Positions 19,503-29,415 of a stretch of 64,000 bases of DNA are shown here, one piece after another. Under the pieces are notes generated by a model, which made no database searches, was not told the DNA's origin, and was given only the letters and a program-made list of their open reading frames with translations. The stretch lies in the IMG/VR virus record IMGVR_UViG_3300035670_000182; one strand, 5' to 3'. This DNA comes from a virus. Positions within the stretch are counted from its first letter, which is position 1. Each line of letters opens with the position of its first letter. Both the position numbers and the translations under genes were made by a program.

Positions 19503-19607
19503 TGGGGCATTTATCCCCTTCGACCCCGCCAACAGCGACTACCAAGCCTATTTGAAATGGCTGGAAGAAGGCAACACGCCAGAGCCTGCTGACGAATAAA
19601 ATAAACC

Positions 19608-20150
19608 ATGTTCGGCCTATCCTCCTACGCTCAAGCACCGTATGCCAGCCTTGGTACGACGGTGTTTTTGGTATCCGTCGATGAAAGCGCGGCGGCGTAC
19701 GATTTCGCGTATGTGGGAGTGCAGTTCACCAACCAGATTTTTGAATTTGCCAGCGGCCTAGACGACTACACACCAAGGGGCGACTTCAGCGCCATAGCAT
19801 CAGAGACAGCCAACGCGGCTGACTTCGTGTACCCCAACGTTGCGTTTATTGGTCAGGTCGCCGAGTCAATCACCGGTTCAGAAACCGCAGCTGTTGCCGT
19901 TACATTTGGCGTGTCTGTTGCCGAAGCTGCCGCAGGGTCAGAAACCGTGGCCACAACGCAGAACTTCGCGGTGTTCATCTCAGAGCTATCCACCGGTGCC
20001 GACACCATTGTTGGCGCGTATTTGTGGAACATCATTAATGACAGCCAGACTGCAAACTGGCAAAATATCAACGACGCCCAGACCCCCGGCTGGCAGACCA
20101 TCAACGACGCCCAGAGCACCAACTGGAACGTCATCAAGACCCAAACGTAA
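19608..20150 (+). CDS. tail fiber-like protein
   Basis: 180 aa. C-terminal tandem Q..NWQNINDAQTPGWQTINDAQSTNWNVI repeats. Confidence 0.4.
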   Translation: MFGLSSYAQAPYASLGTTVFLVSVDESAAAYDFAYVGVQFTNQIFEFASGLDDYTPRGDFSAIASETANAADFVYPNVAFIGQVAESITGSETAAVAVTFGVSVAEAAAGSETVATTQNFAVFISELSTGADTIVGAYLWNIINDSQTANWQNINDAQTPGWQTINDAQSTNWNVIKTQT

Positions 20151-20159
20151 GGACCAGAC

Positions 20160-20993
20160 ATGAGTACCTATTCACCCAACCTGCGTATCGAACTGATTAC
20201 CACTGGCGATCAGACCGGCGTGTGGGGCGTCACAACCAACACCAACCTCGGCACTTTGCTGGAAGACGCGATTGCCGGGTACACCTCTGTGTCCGTTATC
20301 GCCGCCGACCAAGCGCTGACTACAAACGACGGCGCGGCTGACCAAGCCCGCAATGCCTCGATTGCTTTGACAACCACGACCAGCGCTGACTTCAATGTCT
20401 ACGCCCCGCCTGTGGAAAAGCAGTACACCGTTTATAACGCTTCTGCGTACACTGCCACGTTTGGCTGCTGGACAACCGCAGACCTGCCGACCCTGAATTT
20501 TTACGGCAACACAGTGGACATTCCCGCTGGCGAAACTATGACGCTGTGGAGCGACGGCACAAACTTTGCCCCGTCGAACACGTACTTTGATGCTTTGACA
20601 ATCAATGACGCTACGCTTACAGGGACACCCGTCGCGCCGACGGCAGCCGCTAAAACTTCGACAACTCAAGTTTCGACCACTGCGTTTGTGGACCGCTTGC
20701 GTTCTTTCTTGTCTAGCTCTACAACTGGTACAGCGGTGCTGACTGACCGCGGGTGCTTGCTGCCATTGACCGGCAACATGACTATTCCAAACAGCGTTTT
20801 CTCGGCCAACGACGCGTTCACGATTTTCAACAACTCGTCTTCTCCCATCACACTGACACAGGATACCGGCCTGACTATGTACTGGGCGGGGCCTGCTACA
20901 ACTGGTAACCGACAACTTGCGGCACGCGGGCTGTGCACTGTGGTGTTTATTTCCGGCTCCGTGTGCGTCATCTCTGGCGCGGGGCTGTCATGA
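20160..20993 (+). CDS. tail fiber protein
   Basis: 277 aa. N-terminal LRIELITTGDQTGVWGVTTNTNLGTLLEDAI resembles fibre N-terminal anchor domains. SD TAAGGA. Confidence 0.5.
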   Translation: MSTYSPNLRIELITTGDQTGVWGVTTNTNLGTLLEDAIAGYTSVSVIAADQALTTNDGAADQARNASIALTTTTSADFNVYAPPVEKQYTVYNASAYTATFGCWTTADLPTLNFYGNTVDIPAGETMTLWSDGTNFAPSNTYFDALTINDATLTGTPVAPTAAAKTSTTQVSTTAFVDRLRSFLSSSTTGTAVLTDRGCLLPLTGNMTIPNSVFSANDAFTIFNNSSSPITLTQDTGLTMYWAGPATTGNRQLAARGLCTVVFISGSVCVISGAGLS

Positions 20994-21973
20994 TTCCTAT
21001 CATTGCACTGGCTGGGTCGGCGTACCGCAAACGTGCGACCATCACCATCAGCTCAAACACGGCGAACTACACCCTGTCTACATCCTCTGTTTCTGGATAT
21101 GTGGCTGGGGCTACTGACGTCACGCTTGTTATCAATAGCGGCGTGTGGTTGTACTCTACTGACGCAACACTACCTGCCTTAACTATCGACAGCTCTTTTG
21201 CCACGGGCGACACAATCCTTGTTCAAAACAGTGGATATATTTTTGGTGGTGGCGGGCGCGGTGCTGGCAGTACCTACAGCGGCGGTAACTACATCGAACA
21301 AGTCGGACAGGACGGCGGCCCGGCGATTTCTACATCCAAAAACTTTTCGCTCTACAACGCCAGCTACATTGGCGGGGGCGGGGGCGGTGGTGCTGGTATC
21401 CGTATTGGTACGGGCCCTTACAACTTTGTTGGCGGGGGCGGCGGGGCTGGTGGCGGAGATGGCGGCGGCTACGGCGTAACTAATGGCGCTAATGCAGTAG
21501 ACACCGCCGGTGCTGCGGGCAGCTTTGGGGTGCTAGGCGTTCTAACCGCTTCTGGCGGTGGCGGCGGAACTAAACAATTTGGCGCTCTAACTAGCGGCGT
21601 ATTTTTGTCGGTTGGAACCGCTGGCACAACTAACGGGGCTGGCGGTGTGGCAGGCCAAGGTGGTGGCGGTGGTGGCATCCTGATTTATAACGAGTTCTCT
21701 GGCAGTTCCTACGGCCTTGGTGGTTACGGTGGCGGGTATAACGCAGCCGGAGGTCCGGGCGTACCTCAAAACTGGACGGGCGGGTCTAGTGGTTTTGTTG
21801 CTGCCGCTGGCGGTGGCGGTGGTTGGGGTGGCGCAGGCGGCGCTGCTAACTGGTACTCGTATTCTCCAAACCTGTCTAGTATTAGCGGCGGCGCTGCTGG
21901 TAAAGGCATTGCGCTCAATGGCAACACGGTGAATATCATCTCCAACAACACCATCTGGGGAGCCGTGTCTTAA
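20990..21973 (+). CDS. glycine-rich fiber/spike protein
   Basis: 327 aa with long poly-Gly runs (GGGGGGGAG, GGGGGAGGGDGGGYG). ATGA-coupled to the upstream fibre gene. Confidence 0.45.
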   Translation: MIPIIALAGSAYRKRATITISSNTANYTLSTSSVSGYVAGATDVTLVINSGVWLYSTDATLPALTIDSSFATGDTILVQNSGYIFGGGGRGAGSTYSGGNYIEQVGQDGGPAISTSKNFSLYNASYIGGGGGGGAGIRIGTGPYNFVGGGGGAGGGDGGGYGVTNGANAVDTAGAAGSFGVLGVLTASGGGGGTKQFGALTSGVFLSVGTAGTTNGAGGVAGQGGGGGGILIYNEFSGSSYGLGGYGGGYNAAGGPGVPQNWTGGSSGFVAAAGGGGGWGGAGGAANWYSYSPNLSSISGGAAGKGIALNGNTVNIISNNTIWGAVS

Positions 21974-21974
21974 T

Positions 21975-22709
21975 GTGGACCCGTTCAGCCTTCTCATGGC
22001 AGCACAAGCTACCGTTGCGGCAATCCGCAGTGGGTGTGAGATGTTGTCTCAAGGTAAAGCTGAAATACAAAATGCGAAAGCTACGGTTGAAAAAACAGTC
22101 CGCGAAGCAAAGGCTATCTATGCTGAGATCATCGGTTTATGGGACTGGCTCAAAGGACTATTCGGTGCTGTACCGTCGAGGCCAAAGACACCGACTGCTG
22201 AGGTTAAAAATAATACGGCGGATAGCCCCCGTCGAGCAGTGGCTTACAAACCCAAGCCTGTTGAGCAACTGACATACGAGGAGTACCAGACCCAAGCCAT
22301 CCACCAGATTTGCGAACAGCTCAAGACCTTCTTCGAGATACGCAGGCAGTTGCAAGAATACTGTCACGACCTTGAAGAAGAATCGAAAACCACCACCGAC
22401 ATTGAAGGCGCGGCACTCGACCGGATACAAATCGAAATGCAGCTTGAACAGATGACAGTACAGATTCGGGAGACCATGATCTACACGCCCAAAGACATTG
22501 GGTTGCAGTCGATCTACACACGGTTCTTGAAGATGTACGACCAGATTCTGGAAGAGCGCGAGTTCGACAGAGCGCTGAAACGCAAACAAGAGATTGACGC
22601 AAGATGGCAACGCGAGTACCAACAACAAATTCTTCTGGCAAAGTTGGGCTACGCAATAGTGGTGGGGGTGGCCGTGCTGTGGATGACGGCACTGTTTTCC
22701 GTTCTATGA
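21975..22709 (+). CDS. coiled-coil protein with C-terminal transmembrane anchor
   Basis: 244 aa, GTG start. Long helical region plus a C-terminal hydrophobic helix. Confidence 0.4.
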   Translation: MDPFSLLMAAQATVAAIRSGCEMLSQGKAEIQNAKATVEKTVREAKAIYAEIIGLWDWLKGLFGAVPSRPKTPTAEVKNNTADSPRRAVAYKPKPVEQLTYEEYQTQAIHQICEQLKTFFEIRRQLQEYCHDLEEESKTTTDIEGAALDRIQIEMQLEQMTVQIRETMIYTPKDIGLQSIYTRFLKMYDQILEEREFDRALKRKQEIDARWQREYQQQILLAKLGYAIVVGVAVLWMTALFSVL

Positions 22710-22885
22710 AAGAGTTTTATTTTTGGGTTGCGATTGTTACGCTGCTTATCTTCATCAACTTTTCGACGTGGATGGGGCTTGCGTACATGAACAAAGAGTT
22801 GAAGAAAACCGAAGCGCTGTGTTTGCGCGTTGAAGACAAGGAAAAGAAAAATGACCGACGTAAAAAAGACCCTGACCCGGAGTGA
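22706..22885 (+). CDS. small N-terminal-TM protein
   Basis: 59 aa. ATGA-coupled. N-terminal TM then K/E-rich tail. Sits upstream of the lysis genes. Confidence 0.3.
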   Translation: MKEFYFWVAIVTLLIFINFSTWMGLAYMNKELKKTEALCLRVEDKEKKNDRRKKDPDPE

Positions 22886-23321
22886 GTTGGAGATCATCAT
22901 CAAGCGCCGTGCTGCTGTGCTGTTGATTATTCTTGCCGCGCTCGTTGCCGTGAATAGCTTCTTCAAGGACGGCAACTCTGGCCGCATCATGAAGGACATC
23001 ATCGCTGCCAACAACCAGTGGGCTTGGTATCAGGCCAAGAACGTGCGTTCTGTGGTGTATGAAACGGCCAACCGCCCCGCTGACGCTGAGCGCATGAAGA
23101 CCGACATGGAGGAAATCAAGGTGCGTGCGCTGGCCCTCGAAGCCGAGCAAAAAGCGCTGAGCGCCAAGGCACCTTACTACACATACTCGGCCATGCTGAT
23201 GCAGCTTGGCCTTGTGCTCTCTACTGCCGCCATTCTTGCGGTGTCGATGCCTCTGTTCTACGCAGCCGTTGCCGTTGGTAGCTCGGGCGTTGTTTTGTTT
23301 GCTATTGCCTTAGGAGTTTGA
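22851..23321 (+). CDS. membrane protein (holin-like, 2 TM)
   Basis: 156 aa with N- and C-terminal hydrophobic segments, adjacent to the endolysin. Confidence 0.4.
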   Translation: MTDVKKTLTRSELEIIIKRRAAVLLIILAALVAVNSFFKDGNSGRIMKDIIAANNQWAWYQAKNVRSVVYETANRPADAERMKTDMEEIKVRALALEAEQKALSAKAPYYTYSAMLMQLGLVLSTAAILAVSMPLFYAAVAVGSSGVVLFAIALGV

Positions 23322-23322
23322 T

Positions 23323-23802
23323 ATGTTGCCAGCAGTTATGTCGATTGTTTCTGGCTTGATTGCCAACAACATGCCAAAGGTCGCGGACGCCGTGATCGAG
23401 AAGGGTGTGGACTACGTGCAAGACAAGATGGGCATCACCTTAAAGCCCGAGCACGAAGCCACCTCTGCTGACTACGCCAAGTGGAGCGCCGAGGCAGCCA
23501 AGCACGAAGAGTTCATGGCCGAGCTGGACGAGAAGTCGCGCCAGCGTGCCACCGACATGCAAATGAAAGCGATGGAATCGGACGACCCGTTTGTTCGCCG
23601 CTTCATTTACTACTTCATCGGTTGGTGGTCTTTGTTCTCCACCATCATCGTTCCTTGCATGATCTGGTTGCCCATACCTGACACAAACCAGCGGTTTGCC
23701 GACGTTGCGCAAGGCGCGATATTTGGCACCGTGTTGACCGGTATGTTTGCTTTCTTGCTTGGCTCTAGCCAAGGTTCACGCGCCAAGGACCAGAAGAAAT
23801 GA
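23323..23802 (+). CDS. putative holin
   Basis: 159 aa. N-terminal and two C-terminal TM helices. SD TAGGAG. ATGA-coupled to the endolysin. Confidence 0.45.
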   Translation: MLPAVMSIVSGLIANNMPKVADAVIEKGVDYVQDKMGITLKPEHEATSADYAKWSAEAAKHEEFMAELDEKSRQRATDMQMKAMESDDPFVRRFIYYFIGWWSLFSTIIVPCMIWLPIPDTNQRFADVAQGAIFGTVLTGMFAFLLGSSQGSRAKDQKK

Positions 23803-24458
23803 AACCCACCCGTGCAATGCTAGTGACCGCTAAGGTCAAGGACCCTGACAAGTGGATTGACGCCATCGTCGCTACCTGCGCAGAGTTCGAGATCAACACA
23901 CCGCAGCGCATTGCGGCGTTCTTGGCGCAGACCTCACACGAGTCCGCCGGCTACACCATGCTGGAAGAGAACCTGAACTACTCCGACGTCACCATGGCGG
24001 CGGTGTGGCCCAACCGCTTCGCAGTGAAAGGCCCGGACGGCAAGTACAAGCTGGACGAAAAGGGTAAGAAAATACCCAACGCTTTTGCCAAAGCGCTGCA
24101 CCGCAAGCCGGAGCTTATTGCCAACGCCGTGTACTCGAACCGTATGGGCAACGGCACCATCGAGTCCGGTGAGGGGTGGGCGCACCGCGGGCGCGGGCTC
24201 AAGCAATTGACCGGCAAAGACAACTACACTCGCTGTGGGGCAGCCTTGGGCGTTGACCTTGTGGCCAACCCAGATCTTTTGTTGGAGCCACTCTACGCCG
24301 CCCGGTCCGCTGGGTGGTTCTGGAAAACCAACAACCTCAGTAAGTTTGCTGACGCGGGAGACATCAAAGGCATGACCAAGGTCATCAACGGCGGACTAAT
24401 TGGGTATGAGCAGCGCCAAGCTTTGTACGACGCCTGCTCTGGACAGTGCAGCGCCTAA
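23799..24458 (+). CDS. endolysin, glycoside hydrolase family 19
   Basis: QTSHESAGY..., GRGLKQLTGKDNY... and FWKTN motifs of GH19 chitinase-like lysozymes. Confidence 0.8.
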   Translation: MKPTRAMLVTAKVKDPDKWIDAIVATCAEFEINTPQRIAAFLAQTSHESAGYTMLEENLNYSDVTMAAVWPNRFAVKGPDGKYKLDEKGKKIPNAFAKALHRKPELIANAVYSNRMGNGTIESGEGWAHRGRGLKQLTGKDNYTRCGAALGVDLVANPDLLLEPLYAARSAGWFWKTNNLSKFADAGDIKGMTKVINGGLIGYEQRQALYDACSGQCSA

Positions 24459-24474
24459 ATAGGAAAATACGGGA

Positions 24475-26502
24475 ATGCCTTTACAGAAACTTCAATTCCG
24501 CCCCGGTGTAAACCGTGAAGGCACCACTCTTGCTAACGAAGGTGGTTGGTTCGAGTCCGACAAGGTTCGGTTCCGTTCAGGCTACCCAGAGAAAATTGGC
24601 GGGTGGCAGGTAGATACAGGCACTGTGACCAGTGGCGCTTTGGCGCCCCCAGCTAATCCTTCCCCTCTTGTGCAACCGTCTTACTGGGGCGTCGCACGCT
24701 CTATGTGGAACTGGTACAACCTTGCCAACGTGAACTTGTTGGGAGTCGGTACTAACTTAAAGTACTACATTCAAAACGGCCCTAACAGTGCTTTCAACGA
24801 CGTGACACCTTTGCGTGTGCCGACCGTGACCATCGCATCAAACGCGTTCACAACGACCAGCGGCTCGACAACTGTGCAGGTAAACGACACAGGCCACGGC
24901 GCTCAAACAGGCGACTTTGTGACGATCTCTGGCGTCGTTGGCGCTACAAACGGTATTCCTGCTGACAGCCTGAACCAAGAGTTTCGGATTACCTACAAAA
25001 ACGCGAACGAGTACTACATCACTGTGGACAGCCCTGCGACCTCTTCTGGCACCACGGGCTCCGCTGACTTCGATTACCAAATCACAACCGGCTTGGACAT
25101 TTACACCGTGGCGACTGGTTGGGGTGCTGGCGGCTGGGGCGGTGTGACTCCCGGGTCATCTAACACAGGCTGGGGCGAAGCCGCTTCGACTGGCGTGGGG
25201 CAACAGCTTCGTTTGTGGAGCGAGTCCAACTACGGCGAAGACCTAATCATCAATTACCGCGGTGGCGGCCTCTACTACTGGGCCAACAACGCCAACCCAA
25301 ATATCTTTGATCGCGCCCAGACGATGGCTCCTAGCGCTACGGTTGTGACAAAGGCGGGCTCGATTGTGATGGAGGCTACTGCTCCGTCGTTGTGCAACAT
25401 GGTCATGGTGTCCGATGCTTCACGCTTTGTGATCGCGTTCGGAACAAACGACCCCACTGGCGTCTACGCTACGACAGCGCTCGACCCGCTGCAAATTCGC
25501 TGGTCTAACCAAGAGCAGTTCAACGTTTGGACTCCGGCGGCTACCAACCAAGCAGGCGATTACCGCTTGTCGCACGGCTCGCAAATCATTTCTGCCATGC
25601 AGACCCGCCAAGAAATCTTAGTCTGGACAGATGCGGCCATCTACTCCATGCAGTACCTTGGCCCCCCATACGTATGGGGCTTTCAGATTTTGGGCGACAA
25701 CATTTCAATTGCTGGCCCCAACGCTGCTGCGACCGCCAACAACGTAACTTACTGGATGGGCACAGACAAGTTCTACATGTACTCAGGCCGTGTGGAAACA
25801 CTGCCCTGCACGCTGCGTCAGTACGTGTATGACGACATCAACATGGCTCAGCAATACCAATTCTTTGCTGGTACTAACGAAGGCTACAACGAGATTTGGT
25901 GGTTCTACTGCTCTATCACAGGACCCGACGGCACAGGCACGCCAGAAGACCCTAACGTGTTGGTCGATCGCTATGTCGTATTCAATCACCTTGAACGCAC
26001 TTGGTACTACGGCAACATGGAACGCACAGCTTGGCTTGACAGCCCATTGCGCGTTGAACCTATGGCCGCAGGTTACGGCGGCATGTTGTTGTATCAGGAA
26101 ACCGGGAACGATGACGGTACTACGAACCCACCTTCGCCTATCGAAGCGTATGTACAGTCTTCCGACTTTGACATTGGTGACGGACACAACTTCGGGTTGG
26201 TGACGCGTATCATTCCTGACGTGACCTTTGACGGCTCGACTGTTGACGCCCCAGCGCTGTACTTCACGGTGCGGCCTCGCCAAACACCGGGGTCTAACTA
26301 CGGCAACTCAAACAACCCGCAGGTGACCAGCGCTGACAACTATTCTGGCCAGCGCTACTACACAGTGCAACAGTTCACTGAGTATGTGTATGTTCGCGTG
26401 CGAGGCCGCCAGATGGCCTTCAAAGTAAGCTCAAGCGCCCCCGGCGTTGCTTGGCAGCTTGGCACACCGCGCCTTGAAGTGCGCCCAGATGGACGTCGTT
26501 GA
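24475..26502 (+). CDS. tail protein (tube/nozzle-like)
   Basis: 675 aa. N-terminal MPLQKLQFRPGVNREGT.LANEGGW..DKVRFR.G.PEKIGGW resembles conserved N-termini of podovirus tail-tube proteins (from memory). First gene after lysis. Confidence 0.5.
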   Translation: MPLQKLQFRPGVNREGTTLANEGGWFESDKVRFRSGYPEKIGGWQVDTGTVTSGALAPPANPSPLVQPSYWGVARSMWNWYNLANVNLLGVGTNLKYYIQNGPNSAFNDVTPLRVPTVTIASNAFTTTSGSTTVQVNDTGHGAQTGDFVTISGVVGATNGIPADSLNQEFRITYKNANEYYITVDSPATSSGTTGSADFDYQITTGLDIYTVATGWGAGGWGGVTPGSSNTGWGEAASTGVGQQLRLWSESNYGEDLIINYRGGGLYYWANNANPNIFDRAQTMAPSATVVTKAGSIVMEATAPSLCNMVMVSDASRFVIAFGTNDPTGVYATTALDPLQIRWSNQEQFNVWTPAATNQAGDYRLSHGSQIISAMQTRQEILVWTDAAIYSMQYLGPPYVWGFQILGDNISIAGPNAAATANNVTYWMGTDKFYMYSGRVETLPCTLRQYVYDDINMAQQYQFFAGTNEGYNEIWWFYCSITGPDGTGTPEDPNVLVDRYVVFNHLERTWYYGNMERTAWLDSPLRVEPMAAGYGGMLLYQETGNDDGTTNPPSPIEAYVQSSDFDIGDGHNFGLVTRIIPDVTFDGSTVDAPALYFTVRPRQTPGSNYGNSNNPQVTSADNYSGQRYYTVQQFTEYVYVRVRGRQMAFKVSSSAPGVAWQLGTPRLEVRPDGRR

Positions 26503-27158
26503 TGGCTACAGACAACCGATACCTTATCCCACCCAAAGCGCCGTTTTTACCGCTGGCGCCGGTGCAGTACGACCAGAGGTTCATGACGGACCTCACAAAC
26601 GCACTGCGTCTGTACTTCAACCAACTGGATAACACCAACACGACTTTGTTGGGGGAGAACGGCGGCCAGTATTTGGAGAAACCCTATGGCTTGTTCTTCA
26701 GCACCGTGGACCAGACAGCGGCGGTAGCAAACACTGCGTATGAGGTGACCTACCCAACAACATACTTGTCGAACAACATTTCAATCGACTCCAACTCTCG
26801 CATCACGGTGGTCAAGCCGGGGGTGTACTCGTTTACGGTGACGGCACAGCTCATCAGTACAAACTCAAGCGCCAAGACTTTCTATATGTGGATTAACCGT
26901 GGCGGCACAAACATCGGCTACTCCACCCGAGCCATTACGATGTCTTCCAACAACGAGTATTCCGAAGTGACTTGGGACTTCATCATTGACATTCCCGACC
27001 CTGCAACCGACTACATTGAGATGTATTGGTCAACTACAGATACCGCCGTACGCTTAGAGGCAACAACCGCTTCTTCGCCACACCCCGGTATTCCATCGGT
27101 GGTGCTGTACGCCACATTCATTTCACCCCTACCAGCCGTGTTGCCCACGCCACCCTGA
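26499..27158 (+). CDS. structural protein
   Basis: 219 aa, beta-rich. ATGA-coupled. Confidence 0.4.
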   Translation: MMATDNRYLIPPKAPFLPLAPVQYDQRFMTDLTNALRLYFNQLDNTNTTLLGENGGQYLEKPYGLFFSTVDQTAAVANTAYEVTYPTTYLSNNISIDSNSRITVVKPGVYSFTVTAQLISTNSSAKTFYMWINRGGTNIGYSTRAITMSSNNEYSEVTWDFIIDIPDPATDYIEMYWSTTDTAVRLEATTASSPHPGIPSVVLYATFISPLPAVLPTPP

Positions 27159-27196
27159 CATGGTAGACTCGATTAACCCCAATTTGTGAGGCTTTT

Positions 27197-28354
27197 ATGG
27201 GCTTAGGTTCACTCAACCCCGTACGTATTGTTCAAGGAAAAGGCGAAATTGGCGAAGCCTTGGGCCCTTTGGCGCCTGTCCTTGCCGGCGCCGCTTTAGG
27301 CCCAGCCGGTTTTGGCTTGATGAGCGCTGGCATGGCCGGATTGACCGTTGGCGGTATTACCGCTTTGGCTTCTGGCAACTTGGAAAAAGGATTGATGGCC
27401 GGCCTTGGTGCTTACGGGGGTGCTGGGATTAGCTCCGGTCTTTCAAATCTAGGAGCCGCCGAAGCAACAGCCGCTGCTAACCCCCAGCTTGCCGCCAGTG
27501 AAATTGGGCGTGAGATGGGGACCGCTGGATTTGCGCAACCTTCAGCCACTTCAAAACTTACCGCGGGACTGTCCGAAGCGTTTGCTAGCCCCAAAGCAGG
27601 GCTGGCCGCACTTGGTCAAGGGAGCATGCTGCAAGGTGCTGGGGTTCTCGGCGCTGCCGCATTGCCGCTTATGGCGGGGAGCACTTCCCCAACCGTGACG
27701 CCCATGCCAAACGAGTCTTTGATTCGTCCATACACATTCAGCCGCCAGCAACTGGCCCAGCCAAACATGGTGCAGGCCAGCTACCAGCCCGGCCAAGACA
27801 CAAGCGAACGCCGCTGGTTTGATGACGCTTATACAGCACTGACACCGTACAAGGCCCCCGGCGCTGAGTACAAAATGGCGGGCGGCGGCCCCATCGAAGC
27901 CATGTCTAACGCCAACGCAATCGGTATGAACACGGGCTATCCGCAGGCAGACATTCAAGGCCACGCATACGCAACTCCTTGGCAAGACCCCGTGTCCACA
28001 AACATGGTGACTGGTGCAGCCGACACAGGCGTCAACCGCATTACCGGCGAGATGAGTTTTGCCGCTGGCGGGCTCGGTTCTTTGGGCGGATATTCTGACG
28101 GCGGACGTATGCTCAAAGGCCCCGGCGACGGTATGAGCGACAGCATCCCCGCACGCATTGCAGGACGCCAGCCAGCCCGCTTGGCCAACGAAGAGTTTGT
28201 CATCCCTGCGGATGTTGTGTCCCACTTAGGCAATGGCTCTTCGGAGTCAGGCGCTAAGCAGCTCTACAAAATGATGGACCGCGTGCGCATGGCCCGTACC
28301 GGCAACAAGAAACAAGGCAAGCAGATCAACCCCCGTAAGCTGATGCCAGCATAA
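27197..28354 (+). CDS. internal virion / ejection protein
   Basis: 385 aa. Gly/Ala-rich N-terminal half. Confidence 0.4.
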   Translation: MGLGSLNPVRIVQGKGEIGEALGPLAPVLAGAALGPAGFGLMSAGMAGLTVGGITALASGNLEKGLMAGLGAYGGAGISSGLSNLGAAEATAAANPQLAASEIGREMGTAGFAQPSATSKLTAGLSEAFASPKAGLAALGQGSMLQGAGVLGAAALPLMAGSTSPTVTPMPNESLIRPYTFSRQQLAQPNMVQASYQPGQDTSERRWFDDAYTALTPYKAPGAEYKMAGGGPIEAMSNANAIGMNTGYPQADIQGHAYATPWQDPVSTNMVTGAADTGVNRITGEMSFAAGGLGSLGGYSDGGRMLKGPGDGMSDSIPARIAGRQPARLANEEFVIPADVVSHLGNGSSESGAKQLYKMMDRVRMARTGNKKQGKQINPRKLMPA

Positions 28355-28363
28355 GGACGCGTC

Positions 28364-29407
28364 ATGGCAGAACCGACACAAACGCAAATCACAACCACTT
28401 CCATTCCCGACTACGCCAAACCGTACGTCGAGAAGATGCTTGGCAAAGCCGAAGCACTCACAGCCACCCCGTACCAAACATTCCCCGGCCAGCGCACCGC
28501 TGACTTCACCGGCTTGCAGCAACAAGCTTTCCAAGGCGCCGGCAACTTGGGCGTAGCCCCTCAAATTGGCGCAGCTTCGGACTTAGCAGCAACCGCAGGG
28601 CTCGGCGCGTTACAAACCCAGTATGGGCCCGGGCAGTTCTACGGCGGCCAGTTTGGCGGTTACGATGCTGCGCGATACATGTCACCCTACATCGAGCAAG
28701 CGCTGGCTCCGCAGCTACGTGAGGCTCAGCGCGCTTCTGACATCATGCGCCAGCAAAACCAAGCGCAGGCTGTTGGCCAAGGCGCCTTTGGCGGCTCTCG
28801 CTCCGCCATCGTTGAGGCTGAACGCCAGCGCAATCTGGGTACGCAGATGGGCGACATTGTTGGCAAGGGCTACCAGACCGCCTACGAGCAAGCTGCTAAC
28901 CAGTACAACCAAGACATGGCCCGCCGCATGCAGGCTCAGCAACTTGGCGAACAGTCACGCCAGTTTGGCGCAGGGCTTGGCCTACAAGGATTGCAAACCG
29001 CGTTGCAAAGCGCGGGTGCCTTGGGCAACTTGGGCGCCACGCAGTTCACGCAAGACGTGGGTACATTGGGCTTGCAAAACCAGTTCGGTACGCAGCAGCA
29101 ACAGCAGCAACAAAACATTCTGAACCAGCAGTACCAAGACTTCCTGACTCAGAAGCAGTACCCGTACACCCAGTTGAGCTACATGTCTGACATGCTGCGC
29201 GGCTTGCCTCTGTCGCAGTCGTCTAGCCAGTTGTTCCAGCCGCCACCATCAATGCTGTCGCAAGTGGCAGGTTTGGGCACGACCGCAGCAGGTTTGCTCG
29301 GCGCTTACAACAAGGCACAAGGTGCCAAGAAAGGCGGCCCCGTGAAGGAAGCCCCGAAGAAAAAGATGGCCGGTTTAGCCGACTTGGCCGTAGCAAAGAT
29401 GGCGTAA
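28364..29407 (+). CDS. internal virion protein (Gln-rich)
   Basis: 347 aa. Gln-rich low-complexity C-terminal region. Confidence 0.4.
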   Translation: MAEPTQTQITTTSIPDYAKPYVEKMLGKAEALTATPYQTFPGQRTADFTGLQQQAFQGAGNLGVAPQIGAASDLAATAGLGALQTQYGPGQFYGGQFGGYDAARYMSPYIEQALAPQLREAQRASDIMRQQNQAQAVGQGAFGGSRSAIVEAERQRNLGTQMGDIVGKGYQTAYEQAANQYNQDMARRMQAQQLGEQSRQFGAGLGLQGLQTALQSAGALGNLGATQFTQDVGTLGLQNQFGTQQQQQQQNILNQQYQDFLTQKQYPYTQLSYMSDMLRGLPLSQSSSQLFQPPPSMLSQVAGLGTTAAGLLGAYNKAQGAKKGGPVKEAPKKKMAGLADLAVAKMA

Positions 29408-29415
29408 GGACAAAC

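Noticed and set aside
20172-20915. 247-aa minus-strand ORF antisense to the fiber gene
   Set aside because: Antisense artefact (Arg/Cys/Val/Gly-rich), fully inside 20160..20993.
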